From IMG/VR virus record IMGVR_UViG_3300020576_006344, positions 1 through 64,000 of that record: a DNA stretch of 64,000 nucleotides; one strand, 5' to 3'. The notes beneath the pieces are model-generated. The model saw only the letters and a program-made list of their open reading frames with translations. It was not told where the DNA came from and did not search any database. The first letter of the stretch is position 1. Each line of letters starts with the position of its first letter. Below, in pieces: positions 57,264 through 64,000 of the stretch. The position numbers and the translations under genes are program-made. Source of the DNA: a virus (taxonomy: Duplodnaviria > Caudoviricetes).

Positions 57264-58231
57264 TTAAGCCTGATGTGATTCGACAGGATGTCCTGTAGTT
57301 TGCCGCTGACGGTGTATTCCTCAAGCCTCTTCAAGAGCGGGCCCGGAACAGGTGGGTTCTGTGGCGTGTGAACGTGCGTTCTCATGAACTGCACCATCAG
57401 GTCAAGCAGTTTGACTAGCTCGTCTCCCAATACGGCTGGATGCAGGGTCAAGGCCGTCTCTCCGAAGTTCTGTAGATCAGGGTTTACCTCGAATCGCTGC
57501 GAGTCGCTTTTTCTGAACTTGCCTCTTGGAGAGTAGAGGTTGACGTTCGTGGACACCAGATTCGTCTGGCTGTACTCGATAGGGTTGGTGTTGAACTGGC
57601 CATCCGGCTTTACATCGAACTGCCTCATCTGAAGAAAGCTGGGGTGTTCCAGATTTGGGTCGAACGTGCCCTTCTTGAATGTGCCTGAGTTGATGTACAC
57701 CTCTCGCGGCTTCAGCAGGACCATGGAGTCATCCCTGCCCATCAGAGCCACGTCGGACTTCTCCGGCCAGCTTCTGGAGGGACTTGGGCGGCTGCTTATG
57801 TTCTGGTTGACCCCGAAACGCGTGTAATCGAATATCTTGATGGCCTCCCTGTAGGATTGGTACTTGAGCTTGAGCTTCGAATTGATCAAGGGACCTATCC
57901 AATACCGTGGAGATGTGTTGATCTCAGGATTTTCCATAACGAGTATGACCATCTCACCTTCAAGGGGGGTGACGTGGAAGAATCCGGGTACCAACGGCAC
58001 GGCGAACGGCAACTTGTCATCCGGAGTGTCCTTGTCTCGTCCGCCACGCATGTTACCGGCTTCATCCAAGCTCACTATCCTCGCGATGATGCGCCCTTGT
58101 TCAAGCGGGTCATCCGCACGGACCACGACGGCAGGGTACGTGGTACGCTTGACCTGTCCACCTTCCTGTGCGGTCCTGTTCTGCTGGATGTCGCCCATGA
58201 GCGACTTGGCCAAATCATCAAACCCGCCCAT
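57260..58231 (-). CDS. Baseplate central spike (gp5/gpV-like OB fold)
   Basis: VVVRADDPLEQGRIIARI...PLEGEMVIL...YWIG, C-terminal THVH metal-binding tip motif. Confidence 0.7.
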   Translation of the reverse strand: MGGFDDLAKSLMGDIQQNRTAQEGGQVKRTTYPAVVVRADDPLEQGRIIARIVSLDEAGNMRGGRDKDTPDDKLPFAVPLVPGFFHVTPLEGEMVILVMENPEINTSPRYWIGPLINSKLKLKYQSYREAIKIFDYTRFGVNQNISSRPSPSRSWPEKSDVALMGRDDSMVLLKPREVYINSGTFKKGTFDPNLEHPSFLQMRQFDVKPDGQFNTNPIEYSQTNLVSTNVNLYSPRGKFRKSDSQRFEVNPDLQNFGETALTLHPAVLGDELVKLLDLMVQFMRTHVHTPQNPPVPGPLLKRLEEYTVSGKLQDILSNHIRLN

Positions 58232-58439
58232 CGTATTCGCTTATTTTGTTCAACAGTTCGTTATAGATGGTCTCGGCATCCGATAGTCTGTCTTCGGTCT
58301 CGATGATGGCCAGACGTATCTTCTCCTTGTCCAACACGTCGGTAGCACGGTCCATGTCATCGCACATCTCCAGAATTGAATCCTTGAGACCAGAAATGAC
58401 CACGACGGTCTGCTTTAGTTGGTCTATCAGTTCGGTCAT
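58218..58439 (-). CDS. Small coiled-coil protein
   Basis: 73-aa ORF coupled in late operon. Confidence 0.55.
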   Translation of the reverse strand: MTELIDQLKQTVVVISGLKDSILEMCDDMDRATDVLDKEKIRLAIIETEDRLSDAETIYNELLNKISEYDGRV

Positions 58440-58852
58440 CTTGCTACGCCTATCCCGGTGTGTGGTTTGAGCGTGGTATTGGTGGTGATGATGGGACCTC
58501 CGGCGTTGGCGCCCATTCCCTGTCCGATAATGCCGGGGTCGACAGCTATGTCGACACGCATGTCGTTCTGCAAGGCATCGACTATCTCCTCGCAGAAGAA
58601 CTTGACGAACTGCTCCATCGAGTTGGGGAACCCATCACTGAGCGGCCCGTTCGGTATGCCAGCCTCGGGGAAGCGGCTGATGATGCGGGACGCCATCTGT
58701 TCTGCACTAAGTCCGGGACGCGCCTTGGCCAAAAGAAGTTGTGGCAGGGAGAGCTTGGGCACAGGTATTCTGTCCTCGTTCAGAAGGAACAGGAGGAAGT
58801 CGGCTATCTCCTCCGACTTGTTGTTGTCGTCATCAATGGGTATGAGCGCCAT
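58436..58852 (-). CDS. Hypothetical (baseplate-region) protein
   Basis: 138-aa ORF, stop/start coupled. Confidence 0.6.
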   Translation of the reverse strand: MALIPIDDDNNKSEEIADFLLFLLNEDRIPVPKLSLPQLLLAKARPGLSAEQMASRIISRFPEAGIPNGPLSDGFPNSMEQFVKFFCEEIVDALQNDMRVDIAVDPGIIGQGMGANAGGPIITTNTTLKPHTGIGVAR

Positions 58853-60123
58853 TATGTATCGGGATTTAGGAGGCTATTGAGTGAGGATAGCGCGGCGGCG
58901 TATTTCTCAGCTTTCTTCGCTGTTGCCTTGACATCTTCGAACACCTTGAACTTCTGTCGTATTTTCTCTGACTTCCTCTTTTGCTTCTCAAGAGCGATCT
59001 TTGCATAGTAGTTGGCCACCAGCTTCTTGAACTCTCTGATCAGGAAAGTCAGCATGATGGCCAGCAGCATCTTGAACATGCGGTTCGACAATTTGCGCGT
59101 GAAGGTCTTCTTCTCCTCGTTTTCGGGGTCGTTGAGAACATCGCAAGTGGAGTGAACGAGATCGTCCTGCGTGTAGTTGGAGCCCGCTGGTGTGGCATTT
59201 ATGCCTGTCATGATGGGTCCTAGGAAAGGGGTCACCAGTGATGTCATGTGGCTGATCATCCGTTCAACCATTATCTCAAAGAAGCTCCGGCCGCCAGATT
59301 CTCGGTTCGCCTCGGAGTTGATCGTTTGGACTTGGTTGCCCACGTGTTGGACAACGAAATTCAAGCTCTGTGCTGGTGTGATCACCTGTCCGGGAACGGT
59401 GAACTGGCCTCCACCTTCGAAGATGATGGATGGGTCTTGTGGGAGCGCCACATGCACATCCTGACAACTGATGGTGAACATGACCTTGCCACGCTCAAGC
59501 TGTCTTGCCAAGGCCACGCGGTTGTACTCTAGGTCTTGTTCTTGAACGATGGGCTCATTGCTCATGGAGAAGGCGAACGCGCTGCAAATGGCCTCATCTA
59601 TCAGACGCTGCCGTTGTACAGGGTCCGGATTCAGGTATTCAGCCGCTGGGCCGTCTTTCGGTCCGAAGAGCATGATGACTAGGTCTTTCGCGATCCGCTG
59701 CTTCACCACCGAGAGGAAGTTTGCTGGCAGCCCCATTTGGGAGCGCATGTACACGAGATTCTGCTCTTCGTACTGCTTTGTGAGGACCGGCGTCATGTCG
59801 GCCGTGGGTGTGTTCGTGTTGGGCAGGAGAGTGCCTTTTCTGGCCAGCGAGGCGGCCATGCCGCGCAGTACTTCCTTCTCCAAGAAATCCCCCGCCACAT
59901 CGAACACCTTGTTCACGAACAGGAGGAACAACGGTTCCAACGTGAAGCCCATGGTGTTGATGATCTTCTTAAGGTAATCGTAGCTTGATACCTGCGCTGA
60001 TTTGGGCACGCGCATCTTCTTCGCAGAGGTCAACGTGAGCAAGCTCTTCATGGAGCTTACCTTGGCGTTGAGTTCGCTCTGGGATTCGGTCAGCGGCGTT
60101 CCTACAGGCAGTTTCAGGGCCAT
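58852..60123 (-). CDS. Hypothetical (probable virion) protein
   Basis: 423-aa ORF in late operon. Confidence 0.65.
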   Translation of the reverse strand: MALKLPVGTPLTESQSELNAKVSSMKSLLTLTSAKKMRVPKSAQVSSYDYLKKIINTMGFTLEPLFLLFVNKVFDVAGDFLEKEVLRGMAASLARKGTLLPNTNTPTADMTPVLTKQYEEQNLVYMRSQMGLPANFLSVVKQRIAKDLVIMLFGPKDGPAAEYLNPDPVQRQRLIDEAICSAFAFSMSNEPIVQEQDLEYNRVALARQLERGKVMFTISCQDVHVALPQDPSIIFEGGGQFTVPGQVITPAQSLNFVVQHVGNQVQTINSEANRESGGRSFFEIMVERMISHMTSLVTPFLGPIMTGINATPAGSNYTQDDLVHSTCDVLNDPENEEKKTFTRKLSNRMFKMLLAIMLTFLIREFKKLVANYYAKIALEKQKRKSEKIRQKFKVFEDVKATAKKAEKYAAALSSLNSLLNPDT

Positions 60124-60533
60124 CAGCTATCGGTCTTATCGTTCGGATTCTCGATCGGAGGCAGCTTCTTCCTGCGCTCGCCTAGGACGTTCAGGGCACG
60201 CATGGCGATCTCCTTCTTCTCATCATCGCTCAGCAGCCCCCCTACCACTCCGGCCGTGGAACCATCATTGTAGGCCAATTTCATGATATCCTTGACCATA
60301 TCACCCAAGTAGTTCGATGACTTGCAGGCAGAGTCCAGATACATGATCGATGTCTTGCCTTTGAGCCAGAAATCGTCCTCGCCCATCTCTTCATTGGAGC
60401 GCTTGAACCTGTCAAGAGCAAGGTCTCTTTCCTCCATTTTGAATGAGGCGACCTTGCTCAGCATTTTCAGAACGGCGTCTTTGTTGACCTCTATCTGAGG
60501 GAAACCGTTCTTGTATTCATCGTTGTCTTCCAT
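60123..60533 (-). CDS. Hypothetical protein
   Basis: 136-aa ORF, TATTTA upstream. Confidence 0.6.
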   Translation of the reverse strand: MEDNDEYKNGFPQIEVNKDAVLKMLSKVASFKMEERDLALDRFKRSNEEMGEDDFWLKGKTSIMYLDSACKSSNYLGDMVKDIMKLAYNDGSTAGVVGGLLSDDEKKEIAMRALNVLGERRKKLPPIENPNDKTDS

Positions 60534-60550
60534 GCACTTTTCGTTTCAAG

Positions 60551-60556
60551 TAAATA
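60551..60556 (-). promoter_or_regulatory. TATTTA candidate late promoter
   Basis: 17 nt upstream of ATG 60533. Confidence 0.6.
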
Positions 60557-60570
60557 GGAAAGCCACGAAT

Positions 60571-60945
60571 TCAGGGGGTAAACAGGTATCCTTGCTTGAT
60601 ATCCTGAAAGTCCCCAACGGCGCGTTCCATGGCCTCTTCAACGAATGTCAGATGCAATCCGGTGCGCTCCCCGACGAAGACCCTGAAGTTGTCAGGGTTC
60701 TGCGCCAGCAGAAGAAGCAGGGCCGTATCATACATGTGGAAATAAGACAGCGTGTGGATGATGCTCCCCACTACGAAGTAGTCGTCGCTATCATTGTTGA
60801 CGTGCATTTCTGCGCGCACTTCAAGGCTTTCAAGCAAAAAGAGATAGAAGCCGATGAGCTTCTCGTCTTCAATATCTTCACATTCATCGAAGAAGATGGA
60901 CCTCAACAGGTATCGGAACGCCTTTTTCCTGTCATCGATGCTCAA
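60571..60945 (-). CDS. Hypothetical protein
   Basis: 124-aa ORF overlapping the sigma gene stop. Confidence 0.55.
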   Translation of the reverse strand: MSIDDRKKAFRYLLRSIFFDECEDIEDEKLIGFYLFLLESLEVRAEMHVNNDSDDYFVVGSIIHTLSYFHMYDTALLLLLAQNPDNFRVFVGERTGLHLTFVEEAMERAVGDFQDIKQGYLFTP

Positions 60946-61910
60946 CTCTTGTCCTTGTTGTAGAAATCCTTCTTCTTTTCCTTGTAGAGGTTGCGCAGTT
61001 TGGTGAGGCTCTTGCTCATATCCTCTTTGGAGAGTTTGGACCTGTCTGCGATGAAGTCCAAGATGTTCCCTTTGCTGTATCGATTGTCGTCAATGCTGGC
61101 GTCGAACCTCTGAGCACCAGATATGGCGTGCTTCGCGCTGTTGGTCTTTCTCAACTCTTCCAGTTCATCGGAGGTCAACTTCTGGTCACCATGGCCCTTG
61201 AACAGAACGAGAATGGAATCTAGGACCTTCTTGTCGTTGTCGTTCAACGCCTTGTTGTTCATGTTCTTCTCAAAGGCGATCACCATGTGATTGAACAGGT
61301 CCATCATCTCATCGGACTCGGCCGTATCACCTAGCTCGTAGTTCTCGCGTTCATCCACCTCCTCCATGTGGTCATCGTAGTTCAAGTTGATGGACTTGAG
61401 CATATCAAGGTCCTTCTTCTTGTTCTGCAAATAGTGTTTGGCGATGGTGCCGAAATACGAGAACGACTTCGTGTTCTGGTCTGGGTCGAACTTGTAGAAC
61501 TTCTCGTATACATGAGACATGCAATCGTTGTGCAGTGTCTTCACGTCTATGTCGTAGCGGAACAGCTTGAAGCTGAATATGATGTTCTCTATCAATCGGT
61601 TCAGCGGGGTACGTATCTTCTTCCTGAAGATAAGCTCCTTCTTGTGCTGGGTCCTGTCCGAGCGGCTCTTCCGGATCTTGGATTCCAATTCGGCGACGTG
61701 GCCATCTTCAATAGAAGAGTCATACTTGTCAGACTCCCTCAGGGTCTTCAAATAGTTCGCCAGCTTGCTGCTGAGATGATCGAAGTCCATGGAAAGATAC
61801 TCTTTGACGGCCGCTTCCGTCTCATCGTTCCAGTATATCTTCTGTTTCTTCTCTAGCTCAACTGTAAGTGCGAGTGTATTACCGGTTCTTATCTCAATTT
61901 GCAGGCTCAT
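60942..61910 (-). CDS. Phage late sigma factor (T4 gp55-like)
   Basis: LIENII...KFDPDQNTKSFSYFGTIAKHYL resembles sigma region 2 of gp55-type factors. Confidence 0.7.
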   Translation of the reverse strand: MSLQIEIRTGNTLALTVELEKKQKIYWNDETEAAVKEYLSMDFDHLSSKLANYLKTLRESDKYDSSIEDGHVAELESKIRKSRSDRTQHKKELIFRKKIRTPLNRLIENIIFSFKLFRYDIDVKTLHNDCMSHVYEKFYKFDPDQNTKSFSYFGTIAKHYLQNKKKDLDMLKSINLNYDDHMEEVDERENYELGDTAESDEMMDLFNHMVIAFEKNMNNKALNDNDKKVLDSILVLFKGHGDQKLTSDELEELRKTNSAKHAISGAQRFDASIDDNRYSKGNILDFIADRSKLSKEDMSKSLTKLRNLYKEKKKDFYNKDKS

Positions 61911-62874
61911 ACTTTATCTCACTGTTATCCTCCTCCATGAAGTATGCGTCAGTAGCGTACTTGCCCCAGAACTGTGCTTCCTCGGCAGAAAGCCCTCCCT
62001 TGTCGGCCGGAAGGCTGAGCAGGGTGTGGGGTATCTTGCTTGAGCGTTGATCATAGCTCTGGAGTTCCACCACGCGCATCTCATATCCGATGCGCGGGAT
62101 GTTCATCATCTTGTTGTCGTTGTAGGCAGACCGCAGGAAGAACTCGTAATAGTTGAACAGCTTGATGCTGTGCTTCATCGGGTATAGGAGTCCGTCCGCC
62201 TTCGTCTCATAGGCCGCAGAACCTTTGAGCATGTTATCGATCACGCATGTTGCTCCCAGCGGATGTGCGGCGAAGTTGAACTTGAGCAGAAGATTGTTGT
62301 CATACTTGCCGACCTCCTCGGCCATTCCATCTGCCCAGCATGATTCGTTCATGAACCCATGGAACGCACCGAAGTTCATGTGCTTGATCAATGGGAAGAA
62401 CATGCTGATCTCGGGGTTCTCGTCGTGCCACGTCTCAACGAGTTCGAACCATCTCAAGGAATACACGTCTTCCGGCTCCGTAATGGACGCATACTTGTAT
62501 CCGTGTTCAACAGCGGCTTGGAACACCTTGTTGAAGACGTCCGAGAAGTTCGATGCTTCGACCTTTTCGACCACATAGTTCAGGACATTGGTGGCGCTCT
62601 CGGTGACGATCTCCTCTTTTTCCGTCTCCGTGCCATCCTCGTTCTTGACCTTGATCTTGTTCTTGGTCCGCATCTGCACTGTCGGGTTCTTGGCTATAGC
62701 GTGCAGTTTCTCCACATCAGCATCGGACAGGTCCGAATGAAGAATGAGAAGGTTCACGGGCGAGTTCTGCATGGCAATGCTGAACAACGACTCGTTCAAG
62801 AAGCCTGCGTGTTCGATGTTCCTTACGAACATCCCCACGAGGATATCACTGTTTTTTAGATCTTTCAAGCTCAT
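61894..62874 (-). CDS. Glycosyltransferase, GT-A fold (GT2-like, divergent)
   Basis: LNESLFSIAMQ...FN...YASITEPEDVYS...YEFFLR...IPRIGY. Start placed at MSLKDL. Confidence 0.55.
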   Translation of the reverse strand: MSLKDLKNSDILVGMFVRNIEHAGFLNESLFSIAMQNSPVNLLILHSDLSDADVEKLHAIAKNPTVQMRTKNKIKVKNEDGTETEKEEIVTESATNVLNYVVEKVEASNFSDVFNKVFQAAVEHGYKYASITEPEDVYSLRWFELVETWHDENPEISMFFPLIKHMNFGAFHGFMNESCWADGMAEEVGKYDNNLLLKFNFAAHPLGATCVIDNMLKGSAAYETKADGLLYPMKHSIKLFNYYEFFLRSAYNDNKMMNIPRIGYEMRVVELQSYDQRSSKIPHTLLSLPADKGGLSAEEAQFWGKYATDAYFMEEDNSEIKYEPAN

Positions 62875-64000
62875 GTACTCTCTGTGTTTTGTATTCTTCA
62901 ACAATCTCAATGATGCGGTTCTTCTCGCCTTCCACCGTGTACCTCTTGAGTACTTCTTCATAGGTAGACTGCGTGTCTTCCATGTCCATTTCTCCGCTCA
63001 ACCATTTGTCGAGTGCTACGCCGATCATTTCGCTCATTTGGAAAACGTCGCCGTTGTTGCACCAGTATCCGTTGTTGTGCTCGATGTACTCCTTGCTGCC
63101 GAACGCCGCCCATCCGATGACGTGCGTGCCGCAGGCCATGGCTTCCAGAGGAAGCGTGCCGAACCCGGCCACGTCATCCGCGTAGAGAACGAACGCACAG
63201 GATTTGATGCGCTCAGCGAACTCCTCGCGGCTCAGATTCGATAGCTCAACGAACTTTACCCATCGGAAGTGCGGGCAGGTGTTGGCGAACATCTTCATCA
63301 TGTTCACCAGCTTCATCTGACCGATCGAATCACGCGCGTTGACGTAACCGATGCATGGGTATTTCTCCGACTTCTTTGATGGTGGTCGGAATATCTCCCG
63401 GTTGATACCTTGATGGATACGCTTGATGTTCATGCCCGGCATTACCGTGTCGATGAACTCAGTGATGGCGTCGGACACGCTGATCACATCCTTGATGCCG
63501 AAGTTCTGCCATGTCTGGCCATACTGCATGCCGGACAAGATGTATAGCCAGCTTTGTGCGAGGACGATACGTTTGCATGACACCTGTGCGGTCTTCTCCA
63601 TGATGTTGGGGAATCCCTCAGGGATGATGAACAGGTCCTGTGTGTCCACTTTCAGTGGATGTGTGCTCTGCGTCTCACCGTTGGTGAACAGGACCGACCC
63701 GTTCTCATCTCCAAGGGGAACGAAATCGATGTCGGCAATGCTGAAGTCCACCCACGTGGGGTGGAACTTATCGAAGATGTCCACGCGTTTCTTGGCCTTG
63801 TTGGAGGCGTCCATGCTGGCCTTCTGGTCGAACCGTGGCTCATACCAGATCTTCACTCGTGTGCCATTGTCCTTCAGGGACCGCGCCAAACGAAGCAAGA
63901 CGCCGATGCCACCGCTTGGGGTGTTCATGGCCGGAGAATAGAAGTGTACAGTGAAGTCATTGCCCTTCACCTTCTCTATCACCGTATCAATAAAGTCGTT
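62846..64000 (-). CDS. Glycosyltransferase, GT-B fold (GT4-like), 5' end possibly beyond the window
   Basis: PSGG, IIPE, FGTLPLEAMACG. The frame is open to the right edge. Confidence 0.8.
   Translation of the reverse strand, partial: NDFIDTVIEKVKGNDFTVHFYSPAMNTPSGGIGVLLRLARSLKDNGTRVKIWYEPRFDQKASMDASNKAKKRVDIFDKFHPTWVDFSIADIDFVPLGDENGSVLFTNGETQSTHPLKVDTQDLFIIPEGFPNIMEKTAQVSCKRIVLAQSWLYILSGMQYGQTWQNFGIKDVISVSDAITEFIDTVMPGMNIKRIHQGINREIFRPPSKKSEKYPCIGYVNARDSIGQMKLVNMMKMFANTCPHFRWVKFVELSNLSREEFAERIKSCAFVLYADDVAGFGTLPLEAMACGTHVIGWAAFGSKEYIEHNNGYWCNNGDVFQMSEMIGVALDKWLSGEMDMEDTQSTYEEVLKRYTVEGEKNRIIEIVEEYKTQRVHELERSKKQ

Noticed and set aside
946-63941. Many long + strand ORFs antisense to the called genes (e.g. 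946..1695, 7324..7995, 23918..24820, 31789..32760, 53777..54490)
   Set aside because: They lie wholly opposite motif-bearing genes, show no recognisable domains, and are the expected shadows of biased codon usage.
1-64000. tRNA or rRNA genes
   Set aside because: Intergenic gaps are short and none showed a cloverleaf or T-loop signature by eye. A tRNAscan-SE/Infernal run would be needed to exclude them formally.

Overview
The window is a gene-dense segment of a large tailed (myovirus-like, probably jumbo) phage genome, mostly encoded on the minus strand. The host is probably a Bacteroidota member, inferred from TAnnTTTG promoter boxes. Left to right it holds: two repeat-rich tail-fibre-like genes; a mixed block of probable head-internal proteins and early accessory genes (two PcfJ-like, HNH, SLOG, a degenerate metallopeptidase); a PG-binding amidase endolysin; a DNA-metabolism block (SNF2 helicase with a class 3 intein, HAD, PD-(D/E)xK nuclease, nucleoside deoxyribosyltransferase-like protein, phosphoesterase invaded by a LAGLIDADG gene, an oddly split Mre11/Rad50 pair, RuvC); a ~25 kb tail/baseplate module (gp6-, gp25-, gp5-like); a gp55-like late sigma factor; and two glycosyltransferases. 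The clearest unannotated structures are a TATTTA hexamer found 20 times just upstream of start codons (candidate late promoter), an Mre11 nuclease split inside its catalytic domain with its tail fused to Rad50, and a homing endonuclease that displaced and replaced the N-terminus of its target gene. No tRNA, rRNA or CRISPR array was seen. All product calls come from motif recognition by eye, not database searches.
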